64,000 nucleotides of DNA from Rhodospirillaceae bacterium (GCA_002690995.1 NZGS01000103.1:2280-66279); one strand, 5' to 3'. Positions 1 to 8,988 are shown, numbered from the stretch's first letter. Program-made: numbers and translations. The notes: a model not told the origin generated them from the sequence alone.

Positions 1-751
1 CATTTGTACCAAACAACCAACAGCAGCCACAGTTACCCTGATCCCATGAAGGACCGCACACTGGTACGTTGTATTGGTTGTGTTTATTGGTATAGGAGAG
101 TTTATCTTGATAGGCCAAAGGGATTATTATATTGGGGATAGAAATTGGTTTTGCACGTGATATCAAAGGCGAGTCTACCGCCGGCAAAAATGGATTGTAT
201 CCTAAGCGGTATCGTTGTGTTGTGTCCGTGGCCCGTTCGGATGCTGCAACATTTTTTCTCGACACCGCATTGAATGCATTTTCAGGTTGAAATACGTCAA
301 AAGGGGAGAGTTCGGAGGAGTATTGTTTTAGCGAATCCTTATTATACTGCAGATTCATACTATCACAGAAGAAAGCATCCTGAAATAGTTCCGATGGTCT
401 TGATGTCATGTAAATGGCGAAAAACCCTCTGTTTCCCCACTGTTGGCCCCAGGAGTTTTTTAAGATCCAATACTTTTTATCATCAAGTGTGCCATATCCA
501 ACTAAAAGTACTTCATGATTCGCTTGAATGGTATTCCCGTCTAGATTTATTTTATTCGTAAGAATAAACTGACCAGGATTATCCGAAGGATTTGTGATAT
601 CAACATCAAAATTTAAGACATTGATGGACACCGCAATCGGACCTTTGGAATATAGTATTTTCTGTATTATGTCATTTGAATCCATTTCCGGTTCCCTGTC
701 GAATACAATTATAGGAAAATCAGCATCTGCAATATTTTGTATCAGCGACAT
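1..751 (-). CDS. papain-like (C1 family) cysteine protease, partial, runs off the left edge
   Basis: This ORF is absent from the ORF track because it has no stop inside the window. My hand translation of the minus strand from the ATG at 751-749 stays open to base 1: [108 protein letters not shown]. It carries both the His/Asn-lobe motifs (NH-x-VLLVGYG, YWI-x-KNSWG) and the Cys-lobe motif (QG-x-CG-x-CW). Confidence 0.7.
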   Translation of the reverse strand, partial: MSLIQNIADADFPIIVFDREPEMDSNDIIQKILYSKGPIAVSINVLNFDVDITNPSDNPGQFILTNKINLDGNTIQANHEVLLVGYGTLDDKKYWILKNSWGQQWGNRGFFAIYMTSRPSELFQDAFFCDSMNLQYNKDSLKQYSSELSPFDVFQPENAFNAVSRKNVAASERATDTTQRYRLGYNPFLPAVDSPLISRAKPISIPNIIIPLAYQDKLSYTNKHNQYNVPVCGPSWDQGNCGCCWLFGTN

Positions 752-771
752 TTTTTATTACTAATAAAAAA
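751..771 (-). terminator. AT-only hairpin about 33 nt downstream of the FtsH-like gene stop
   Basis: TTTTTTATTA-C-TAATAAAAAA is a perfect 10-nt inverted repeat. It is low complexity, so support is weak. Confidence 0.3.
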
Positions 772-803
772 ATTAAAAATTGTTTAATACATTCTCCAGG
801 TTT

Positions 804-2363
804 TCATAAGGTAATTATAAGATCAGTGGTTGGATACAACATTTTGGCAATCCGGACATTTTCCATGATTTGTTCCCTGTCCATTGTTTTTTTCCGCACT
901 AATGTATTTGCCAACCACAGAAGCATCGATTTATTTCTCAAAAGAAGCTTTCGTACCTCGATAGCACAATCTTCGACAAGGTTTTGAATTTGTTTGTCTG
1001 CCAAGAGCTTTACCTGCTCACTCAAAAGCGAATGAATCGGGCGTGGAACCATCCCATGATCCAGGACCATCTCTTTTGCCAGCGTCGTAGCACGAATCGA
1101 GTCATCCAGAGCCCCGGTTGAACTCTCTTCATCAAAAAGAATCTCTTCGGCAATTTTCCCAGCCAGGAATATCATTATTTTTTCCCGGAGATACGTTTTC
1201 GAATACAAACCTTTTCGATTTGGAACAAAATACGTATATCCTAGAGAACCATGCCCACAGCTATCAATTGTTATTTTGGACGGAGGCTCATGTAAGGTCG
1301 AGAATAGTCCCATGAGTAAATGGCCACATTCATGGATGGCAACCCGTTGCTGCAAATCGTAAGTTAACACCGCATTCGATGTGGTAGTACCAAGGATAAT
1401 ATTATCCCGAGTTCTATCCACCATTGAAACCGTATCCACAGTTTTATTGTGACGCAATGCCCATAAACTTACTTCGTTCAAGACATTTTCAATATCAGCA
1501 CCGGACAGTCCTTCCGTGGAGGCGATCATCTCCTCCGTCGTTATTTGAATGGGCTTCCGAATCCGATGGAGATCAATAATTTCTTTTCGGGTTGCTTCAT
1601 CAGGATGTGGAACATGCACAATTTTATCAAAACGACCGGAACGAAGTAAAGCGGGATCCAACATATCCTTCCGGTTCGTAGCACCAATAATAAATACATG
1701 TTTCATTTTCTCGCGGTCGAAGCCGTCCATCAATACCAACAGCTGATTTAACGTTTGAAATCGTTCAATACTGGCCCCTTCATCGGACGTACTTCTTTTC
1801 GCTCCAATCGAATCGAGTTCATCAATGAAAATAATACAAGGTTGATTTTTTGTAGCAAGTTCAAAAACTTCCCGTACCCTCTGTGCGCCAACCCCGACAT
1901 ACTTTTCATTAAATTCAGCACCGGAAAGGCTAAGAAAATTAAATCCACATTCACCGGCAAAACACCGTGCGAGCAACGTTTTTCCATTTCCAGGTGGTCC
2001 TTCCAGGAGCATCCCTTTCGGTGTTCGTATATTATATCCATCATATAGATCCCGTGAAAGGAGCAATTCTTTCACCTGGTGTAACTCGTTCTTGATTTCC
2101 TGGTACCCCCCAATATGTGAAAAATTTACGGTAATGTCATTCTCAAAATTCCATTTCTCCGTGTTTTTTGGCTTTCCAAAAAGGGATTGGGGGTCAATCA
2201 ACACAATCGGCGTTGTCGTGTTGTTGGGCACCGCTTTACTTTGAATTTCCTGACGGTTCTTAATGGCCTGTTTTTTTATTCGATCGAGGTACGATTCATA
2301 GGGTGTCATTTGAAAACAATGTGCGACCATGATAAAAGAAGAAAGCAATACAATTCGCCACAT
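804..2363 (-). CDS. FtsH-like AAA+ ATPase / zinc metalloprotease, paralog 1
   Basis: Walker A is GPPGNGKT and Walker B is IIFIDELD. The second region of homology ([19 protein letters not shown]) is present, as is the HEXXH zinc site (HECGH). There is a single N-terminal hydrophobic segment, MWRIVLLSSFIMVAHCF. Confidence 0.9.
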   Translation of the reverse strand: MWRIVLLSSFIMVAHCFQMTPYESYLDRIKKQAIKNRQEIQSKAVPNNTTTPIVLIDPQSLFGKPKNTEKWNFENDITVNFSHIGGYQEIKNELHQVKELLLSRDLYDGYNIRTPKGMLLEGPPGNGKTLLARCFAGECGFNFLSLSGAEFNEKYVGVGAQRVREVFELATKNQPCIIFIDELDSIGAKRSTSDEGASIERFQTLNQLLVLMDGFDREKMKHVFIIGATNRKDMLDPALLRSGRFDKIVHVPHPDEATRKEIIDLHRIRKPIQITTEEMIASTEGLSGADIENVLNEVSLWALRHNKTVDTVSMVDRTRDNIILGTTTSNAVLTYDLQQRVAIHECGHLLMGLFSTLHEPPSKITIDSCGHGSLGYTYFVPNRKGLYSKTYLREKIMIFLAGKIAEEILFDEESSTGALDDSIRATTLAKEMVLDHGMVPRPIHSLLSEQVKLLADKQIQNLVEDCAIEVRKLLLRNKSMLLWLANTLVRKKTMDREQIMENVRIAKMLYPTTDLIITL

Positions 2364-2393
2364 AGTTATTTTTTGTATAAAAAAAATATGACT

Positions 2394-2669
2394 TTAAATG
2401 ATTGAATGGGCGTCTAACTTTATTTTGTAAACTAAGGTGAACAATCGAATGCCAACCGAAATTCCACAACCCATCATCAAATACAACGAGCCCACCAAGT
2501 GCGCATGGATGAAAACAAAACCAGATGCTACAATCCCCATTACCAGAGTACTTGTCGAAATATCATTGGCGAGTTTTGTACGATACATTTTCATGATTTG
2601 CGGGATAAACATAATTGCAGAGATACCACCTCCTAAAAAACCTGTCGTTTCAGCAATGTAATAATTCAT
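2394..2669 (-). CDS. PQ-loop (SWEET/MtN3-type) three-helix membrane protein
   Basis: The 91-aa product has three hydrophobic helices. The PQ motif lies at the end of helix 1 (AIMFIPQIMKMYRTK). Confidence 0.65.
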   Translation of the reverse strand: MNYYIAETTGFLGGGISAIMFIPQIMKMYRTKLANDISTSTLVMGIVASGFVFIHAHLVGSLYLMMGCGISVGIRLFTLVYKIKLDAHSII

Positions 2670-2750
2670 TTTAAGGTTTTAAATCAAGGACAGATATTCA
2701 TTTTTTCCTTCCAAAAATATAGTTTTTTAATTTCCGTCATATTTATAAAT

Positions 2751-3425
2751 ATGGAACAGTTTTATGCAGGATTTGTATCTGGAGTATTCCAAACCGTGAT
2801 TGGTCATCCATTTGATACTTTGAAAGTATGGAGCCAAAATTACGCAAAACTCAAACCACCAAAAACCACATTGACCAATCTGTTCAAAGGGGTTCACTAT
2901 CCTTTATTACAAGCTCCTTTCCTCACGGGGATCAGTTTTGGCGTGTATGGCAAAATTTATGAAAAGACAAAAAATACATATATCGCTGGATCTTTCACAG
3001 GAGTAGTTAGCTCTGTGGTCGACACCCCGATCGATTTTTATAAAATTGAAAGCCAGCAACAGAAAACAACAATCAATAACTCTTGGCTCTATTCCTTTCG
3101 ATTTTGGCATGTCGTCCTAATGCGTGCGGTTCCTTCCTGTGCACTGTATTATTCCACATATCATAACATGCGCGAACTGGAAGTACCAATCCTTTTCTCT
3201 GGAGGGATAGCTGGATTATGTTCATGGACTCTCACCTATCCTTTGGATACCATAAAGACGAAAATACAAACTGGTTTAACCACAAGTATCCGACAAGCCA
3301 TCGAAGAAGGCAATTTGTGGAAGGGTTTGTCGTTTGCAGCGATTCGCGCCGTTATTGCGAATGCGGTTGGCTTTTATGTATATGAACAAACATTGCGCCT
3401 ACAAACTGATCAATATTCGAAATGA
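2751..3425 (+). CDS. mitochondrial carrier family (SLC25) protein, unusually short
   Basis: There are three P-x-[DE]-x-x-[KR] carrier signatures: HPFDTLKVW, TPIDFYKIE and YPLDTIKTK. The product is only 224 aa. Confidence 0.85.
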   Translation: MEQFYAGFVSGVFQTVIGHPFDTLKVWSQNYAKLKPPKTTLTNLFKGVHYPLLQAPFLTGISFGVYGKIYEKTKNTYIAGSFTGVVSSVVDTPIDFYKIESQQQKTTINNSWLYSFRFWHVVLMRAVPSCALYYSTYHNMRELEVPILFSGGIAGLCSWTLTYPLDTIKTKIQTGLTTSIRQAIEEGNLWKGLSFAAIRAVIANAVGFYVYEQTLRLQTDQYSK

Positions 3426-3465
3426 TTATCAATCGCAAATTATACTGAAAAAGATTTCACTATGC

Positions 3466-3507
3466 GTTTTTCTTTCGAAAGACCATTTTATCAAACGAAA
3501 GAAAAAC
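3466..3507 (+). terminator. hairpin 40 nt downstream of the carrier gene stop
   Basis: GTTTTTCTTTCG (3466-3477) and CGAAAGAAAAAC (3496-3507) are perfect 12-nt reverse complements separated by an 18-nt loop. Confidence 0.5.
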
Positions 3508-3579
3508 TTGTAAAAATGAAAGACAAAAATAATTAAAAAATTTCCAACAACTGTATTATTACAGGTCCAAAAAAGGCCA

Positions 3580-3981
3580 ATGAAATTAGATTATTCTTCC
3601 TTTAACAAAGAGTCGATGCGAAAACAATTGATTCTACAAAGAAACCGATTACTTTTTCAAAAACAAAAAGACGTACATACTCTTCAATATTTACTTTGGT
3701 ATAATTATTTTACGAAACCCATCTATACCCAAAAGAAGAGTTGTATTGATGCCATTGAAATATTAGCAAAATTGATGCATAATCCCTCGCAACCGACCAC
3801 ATTTTTTTCCAATGGAGATTTACGGCATGGAGAAATTTTAATTAAACCTGCTGTACAAAATAACTTTGTACAGGTCCGTTTGCCAAAACAAACGAAAGAA
3901 GGTTCTCTTGTCTCATGTCGACCTCAGGAAGGAGAATATCTTTCCCTGCTTTATGAGACATTGCGAGTATTACCAATATGA
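3580..3981 (+). CDS. hypothetical protein
   Basis: This 133-aa ORF occupies its own space. No motif was recognised. Confidence 0.4.
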   Translation: MKLDYSSFNKESMRKQLILQRNRLLFQKQKDVHTLQYLLWYNYFTKPIYTQKKSCIDAIEILAKLMHNPSQPTTFFSNGDLRHGEILIKPAVQNNFVQVRLPKQTKEGSLVSCRPQEGEYLSLLYETLRVLPI

Positions 3982-3990
3982 AAGTGCAAA

Positions 3991-4635
3991 TCAACCCTTT
4001 TGGTTATACAGGGACCGTTGATCATGCCGCTTCATATTGCATATGTGACACTTCCAACCCAAAAATTTATGGGTAACCGGATCATGATCTCGATGCCATC
4101 CGCGTCGATGCTCACGATTACAAGAGGGACAAATGTCACCAGACCGTGGTCGCGGAGGTATATTTTCATGTTCCCTTTGCAAAGTATTTTGACGTTCATC
4201 GTTCAACGTTTTCTCACACGTTTTGCAAATTGCGTTTAACCGAATATAATATCCATTCTTGTCAACACGATTTCTATAAAATCGAAAATTTTCGTGCGAC
4301 TGATGTGTCAGACATTCTCGACATTCCATCAGACTAGTGGGATATCCTTTCGAAAAAATAACTTCCAATGCGCTGTGCTCCTCTGAGTCGAGGATTTCTC
4401 TCGCCAAATCACCCATCTTGAATGTTTTTATCGTAGAAAGACCAAACAGCTTGGGATTTTCAGTATGAGAATTATAAGCATGACACAACCGTCTGAGGCG
4501 ATCTTCATCAGCCGACGAAGGACACTTTTGTAGTTGTTCCATTAGATGACTGAATAATTCCTCCTTTCGTTTTTCAGAATCAACACCGATCATTTGGACT
4601 ACTGAAAGATAAAACAAAACTTCAATTTTTATCAA
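3991..4635 (-). CDS. endonuclease VII-like (HNH/EndoVII fold) protein
   Basis: The C-terminal block CPSCNREHRRGWHRDHDPVTHKFLGWKCHICN fits the endonuclease VII pattern C-x2-C ... DHD-x2-T-x-K-x2-G-x2-C-x2-CN. The true start is probably the ATG at 4593 (MIGVDSEK), 29 nt below an AAAAATTGA motif. Confidence 0.5.
   Translation of the reverse strand: MIKIEVLFYLSVVQMIGVDSEKRKEELFSHLMEQLQKCPSSADEDRLRRLCHAYNSHTENPKLFGLSTIKTFKMGDLAREILDSEEHSALEVIFSKGYPTSLMECRECLTHQSHENFRFYRNRVDKNGYYIRLNAICKTCEKTLNDERQNTLQREHENIPPRPRSGDICPSCNREHRRGWHRDHDPVTHKFLGWKCHICNMKRHDQRSLYNQKG
4622..4630 (-). promoter_or_regulatory. AAAAATTGA early-promoter-type motif
   Basis: The plus strand reads TCAATTTTT. It lies 29 nt upstream of the in-frame ATG at 4593. 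Confidence 0.5.
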
Positions 4636-4640
4636 CAGAA

Positions 4641-5471
4641 CTAAAAAACGAATTTGGGACCTTCATTTGCTGATTTCGGAGATTTCAAATGAGATAAGAA
4701 GACCTCATCCAAGTCGCGAGTTTTTGTACCGAGAAAATAATTGCTAGTGTCCACTCCTTTTGTACGCAAATAGGAGTCATCAATCAGTTCGTTCCCTTTA
4801 AACGTTAAAGGGTTTTCATGAAAAAGAATTTCTTCAATCACATGAACCATAATTCTCGGATCCACACATTCTTCGCGTGAACCAATGTTGCGAAGTCGCA
4901 AAGCGTCGGTCCAAAGCGGATATTTGGTCCAAACGCTATTACAGCTAATATTATGGTAGCGTAGAACTCTGGCCATCGATTTCATGTATGTTGTTTGTGC
5001 AAGTTTACTTTGCATATAAGGTGTGAGGTACCTCACTTTATCGTCAATTTTGTACGTAGGAGAGGTATATACTAGATGACCATAGTTTTTCTTTTGCATC
5101 TGGGGCAAGAAATGTTCCGTCAGCATGATTGGTGCAAGTGTGTTGATTTGGAATAACTTTTGCAAATTTTGGTCCTTTTCATGTGCTCGTAGCGATAGAT
5201 AGCCCGCGTTAAAGATAAGAATATTCGGCTGAAACCCAGATTTGTACACGTTTTCTACAAATCGTGGAAATTTTTCCGGTTCCTCCATTTTTAGAGCCAT
5301 TCCCCGTAAAGCCTTTTGATTATTAAATTCCTTCTCAATTTGCTTTGTCTTAAAGTGGTCCGTTCCTGTAAATATGACCGGGATTTGACGATGATAGAGT
5401 GCATCCACAATCTGCCTACCAACCCCACGTGTGCCACCAAAAACAATTGCTTGCATTATTTGTTTTTCCAT
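4641..5471 (-). CDS. short-chain dehydrogenase/reductase (SDR)
   Basis: The glycine-rich NAD(P) motif is FGGTRGVGRQI. The NAG motif (IFNAGY) and the catalytic Y-x3-K (YMQSK) are both present. Confidence 0.8.
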   Translation of the reverse strand: MEKQIMQAIVFGGTRGVGRQIVDALYHRQIPVIFTGTDHFKTKQIEKEFNNQKALRGMALKMEEPEKFPRFVENVYKSGFQPNILIFNAGYLSLRAHEKDQNLQKLFQINTLAPIMLTEHFLPQMQKKNYGHLVYTSPTYKIDDKVRYLTPYMQSKLAQTTYMKSMARVLRYHNISCNSVWTKYPLWTDALRLRNIGSREECVDPRIMVHVIEEILFHENPLTFKGNELIDDSYLRTKGVDTSNYFLGTKTRDLDEVFLSHLKSPKSANEGPKFVF

Positions 5472-5534
5472 ATGATGAAATAAACAAAAAAATCATTTTT
5501 TCATTTAAGAAAAGGAAATATTAAAAAAAAGGGA

Positions 5535-7097
5535 ATGAAGATTCAATATTTATCGCTACACGCTTTAATATGGTTTTATTGTGTAAACTCTTATCACATG
5601 TTCGATAACTTTTCGCATTTTTCCCACGCACAATCAAAAAATGGAACAAAAAAAAATTTTATTGAAACCATTTTAATCCCCCTGCCGTTCAAACCAGAGC
5701 AGTTTATGTCACCGAACGATGATTTCTCGGATACGTTCCATGTAAAGTCAAAACCTGACAAAACTTTTCAAGATATCGGAGGCTATAAAGATATTAAAGA
5801 CGAGCTTTTACAACTTCGAGATATTTTTGACAAAAAGGAAATTTATAAGGAATATCGATTACGGACTCCCCGAGGAATCCTCTTGGAGGGTCCACCCGGA
5901 AATGGCAAAACCCTTATGGCAAAATGTTTTGCAGGTGAGTGTGATTTTTCGTTCATTGCTAGTTCCGGATCGGAGTTTAATGAAAAATACGTTGGCGTTG
6001 GTGCTGCACGTATGCGGAAATTATTCGAGACTGCACGCAAAAATCAACCGGCCGTTATTTTTATTGACGAACTCGATGTAATTGGTTCCAAACGTGTCAT
6101 TTCGGAGGATGGAGGAGGGTCCGAAAAATATCAAACCTTGAATCAGCTCTTAGTTTTGATGGATGGATTCGATAGTGCGAAAGATGATATTTTTGTTATC
6201 GGTGCAACGAACCGGAAAGATGTCCTAGATGAAGCTCTCTTGCGCTCGGGTCGTTTTGATAAAACGATCCATGTTCCAAATCCAGATGCGGAAACACGTC
6301 GTGAAATTATTCGGATCCATAGCCGTTATAAACCTTTAGACCCAGCAATTGATATGGAGGATATGGTGGAATTAACCGGTGGATTATCCGGTGCTGATAT
6401 CGAAAATTTGTTCAATGAAGCCTGTCTTAAAAATATTCGAGAAAATAAAATTCCAGTCCGACTTTCTGATTTGGAAAATATTCGTGAACGCTTTTTAGTA
6501 GGATATACCGTTCGAAAAAAAAATATCAACTTGGAAATGCACGAACGAATTGCTCATCATGAAGTGGGTCATTTATTAGTAGCCATGGCATGTCCTGAAC
6601 ATGAAAAACCTACAAAAATAACCATTCAAACCCCTGGAGAAACAACCCTCGGATATACTCAGTTCATGATTAAAAATGAAGTATTTCTCTTTAATAAAAC
6701 CTATTTGTTTGCTAAAATTAAAACACTTCTCGGCGGGTTGGTCGCCGAAAAAATAATGTATGACGATAATATTTCATCCGGTGCCATTGATGATTTGGAA
6801 CGTGTCAAAAAAATTGCCAGTGATATGGTTTTGAAATATCACATGTCGACCAAAGATGTCTACGCTCATCATAGTGAAGAATATAAACGTTGCGCGGATC
6901 AGCAAATCCAAAAACTCATTTTGGATGCGAAACAATCCGTCACACAACTTCTTTCTGCAAATAAGAAACTACTATGTTTTCTTTCAAAAGAATTGCTCGA
7001 ACACAAAACCATTGAAAAAAAAAACCTACTCAAAACAATTGAACGAGGTCTACTTCAGCACCCCTCCAACGACTTTCCTAATCTACCTCCTCAATAA
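5535..7097 (+). CDS. FtsH-like AAA+ ATPase / zinc metalloprotease, paralog 2
   Basis: Motifs are [35 protein letters not shown] and HEVGH. Long identical runs are shared with paralog 1 ([31 protein letters not shown]). There is a single N-terminal hydrophobic segment. Confidence 0.9.
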   Translation: MKIQYLSLHALIWFYCVNSYHMFDNFSHFSHAQSKNGTKKNFIETILIPLPFKPEQFMSPNDDFSDTFHVKSKPDKTFQDIGGYKDIKDELLQLRDIFDKKEIYKEYRLRTPRGILLEGPPGNGKTLMAKCFAGECDFSFIASSGSEFNEKYVGVGAARMRKLFETARKNQPAVIFIDELDVIGSKRVISEDGGGSEKYQTLNQLLVLMDGFDSAKDDIFVIGATNRKDVLDEALLRSGRFDKTIHVPNPDAETRREIIRIHSRYKPLDPAIDMEDMVELTGGLSGADIENLFNEACLKNIRENKIPVRLSDLENIRERFLVGYTVRKKNINLEMHERIAHHEVGHLLVAMACPEHEKPTKITIQTPGETTLGYTQFMIKNEVFLFNKTYLFAKIKTLLGGLVAEKIMYDDNISSGAIDDLERVKKIASDMVLKYHMSTKDVYAHHSEEYKRCADQQIQKLILDAKQSVTQLLSANKKLLCFLSKELLEHKTIEKKNLLKTIERGLLQHPSNDFPNLPPQ

Positions 7098-8925
7098 TTG
7101 GCGAAGGAGCTTCATCCTGTCTCACTTTTTGATCGGGACCTGGAGCAAACGTTTTCAAAAATTCTTCTTGACGCTTGACGACCTCACCCTTCTCAAGTGT
7201 GAAGTCATTTAACCAATCTAACTCTTTTTGAAGTGCTTCCCTCGTTGAAGAAGAATCATCGGGAGGCAAAGATTTTATTTGTTGCAACAATAGCTCCTCA
7301 TACGACTGTCGCGCTTCTTGATTCTCTTTTGCAATTTTATCGGCCTGTTTAAATTCATCTGCGTCAGCAACCATTTGCTCAATCTGTTCCTTGGAAAGAC
7401 TGCGATCACCATTATTAATGGTTAAGGTTTTCTTCCCACCAGGCACATTTTCAACCTCTGCCGTAACATGTAAAATACCATCCGCGTCAATATCATAGGT
7501 CACATTAATTTTTGGTATTCCACGAGGCGATGGTGGAATATTTTCTAACGTAAACGTACCAAGAACATTATTGTCCTTGGCTTTGTAACGTTCTCCTTCC
7601 AATATTTTTATCGTTGCAGACGGTTGATTATCAGAATACGTCGAAAATGTTTGGGTCTTTCGTGCTGGTATAGTGGTACCCCTCTGAATCAAGACGGTAC
7701 AAACATCACCCGATGTCTCAATACCCAAAGATAATGGTGTACAATCCAATAACAAGATATTCTCCGTCATTTCTGACTGTATGCCAGCCAAAGCGGCCGC
7801 TTGAATTGTAGCACCGTAAGCCACACACTCGTCGGGATTCACACCAGAATTTAAATTTTTCCCAAAAAAATCCCGCAATAAAGCCTGGATTTTTGGAATA
7901 CGAGTCGTTCCTCCTACAAGAACAATCTCATCCACTTGTCCTTTGGAAATTTTCGCATCAAGAAGCACTTTTTGAACAGGATCCATGGTTCGCCGAAACA
8001 GTTCACTACACAAGTCCTCAAATTTCGCGCGAGTGATGGTGTACCCAAAATCAATTCCTTCATATAAAGCATCGACCTCGATAATCGCGCTCGTACTGCT
8101 ACTCAACGTTCGTTTTGCACGTTCACACGCCGTATGTAGACGAGCACGAACCTTTTTATTCTCATGTACCTTTTTACCAGGGTTTTTTTTATGAAATTCC
8201 TGTATGCAATATTCAACCAAAATACGATCGATATCTTCGCCACCCAAATGCGTATCACCTGCTGTGGCTTTGACTTCAAATACGCCATCGCTAATGTTTA
8301 GTAAAGAAATATCATGTGTACCACCACCACAATCAAAGACAAGGATATTTTTTTCTTCACCATCCTTCATTTTATCCAGACCGTAGGCAATGGATGCTGC
8401 CGTCGGTTCATTAATTATTCGCAAAACATTTAACCCCGCAATCACTCCCGCATCCTTTGTCGCCTGACGTTGTGCATCATTAAAATAGGCAGGTACCGTA
8501 ATAACACAATCCGTCACCGGAGATCCGGCATAGGCTTCTACAATATTCTTCATTTTCTCCAATATCATTGCAGAGATTTGTTCTGGACTAAAAACCTTCT
8601 TCTCATTTCTATATGTTACCTCCAACTGCGGTTTATCTTGCTCGTTTACAATCTTATACGGTAAAACCTTCATGTCCGTCAGCAACTTCCGGTCGGTCAT
8701 CGATTGTCCAATCAGACGCTTGACATCGTAGATTGTATTTTCAGGATTCTTGTTCCGATTTTGTTTTGCCGCTTCTCCAATCAAACGTTCTTCGCCAAAC
8801 GAAACCCAACTTGGCGTCGTACGATTTCCAGTCTCATTCGCAAGGATTTCCACCTTATTATTCTCGAAAATGCCAACACAACTATATGTTGTTCCTAAAT
8901 CGATACCACAAACAATTTTTGCCAT
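7078..8925 (-). CDS. Hsp70/DnaK-family chaperone, eukaryotic cytosolic type
   Basis: Hsp70 signature blocks [12 protein letters not shown] and DLGGGTFD-like ([11 protein letters not shown]) are present, and the C-terminus is IEEVD. I placed the start at [11 protein letters not shown] (ATG 8925) rather than at the ORF-track start 8973. Confidence 0.95.
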   Translation of the reverse strand: MAKIVCGIDLGTTYSCVGIFENNKVEILANETGNRTTPSWVSFGEERLIGEAAKQNRNKNPENTIYDVKRLIGQSMTDRKLLTDMKVLPYKIVNEQDKPQLEVTYRNEKKVFSPEQISAMILEKMKNIVEAYAGSPVTDCVITVPAYFNDAQRQATKDAGVIAGLNVLRIINEPTAASIAYGLDKMKDGEEKNILVFDCGGGTHDISLLNISDGVFEVKATAGDTHLGGEDIDRILVEYCIQEFHKKNPGKKVHENKKVRARLHTACERAKRTLSSSTSAIIEVDALYEGIDFGYTITRAKFEDLCSELFRRTMDPVQKVLLDAKISKGQVDEIVLVGGTTRIPKIQALLRDFFGKNLNSGVNPDECVAYGATIQAAALAGIQSEMTENILLLDCTPLSLGIETSGDVCTVLIQRGTTIPARKTQTFSTYSDNQPSATIKILEGERYKAKDNNVLGTFTLENIPPSPRGIPKINVTYDIDADGILHVTAEVENVPGGKKTLTINNGDRSLSKEQIEQMVADADEFKQADKIAKENQEARQSYEELLLQQIKSLPPDDSSSTREALQKELDWLNDFTLEKGEVVKRQEEFLKTFAPGPDQKVRQDEAPSPIIEEVD

Positions 8926-8960
8926 TTTTTTTTTTCTAAATCCAGGAAATACGATAAAAT

Positions 8961-8969
8961 TCAATTTTT
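8961..8969 (-). promoter_or_regulatory. AAAAATTGA early-promoter-type motif upstream of Hsp70
   Basis: The plus strand reads TCAATTTTT. It lies 36 nt upstream of the ATG at 8925. Confidence 0.55.
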
Positions 8970-8988
8970 GCATTTTTTCTTAACTAAA

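Noticed and set aside
8926-8973. The upstream extension of the Hsp70 ORF ([16 protein letters not shown]).
   Set aside because: Canonical Hsp70 proteins begin a few residues before GIDLGTTYS. In addition, the extension contains the AAAAATTGA promoter motif itself.
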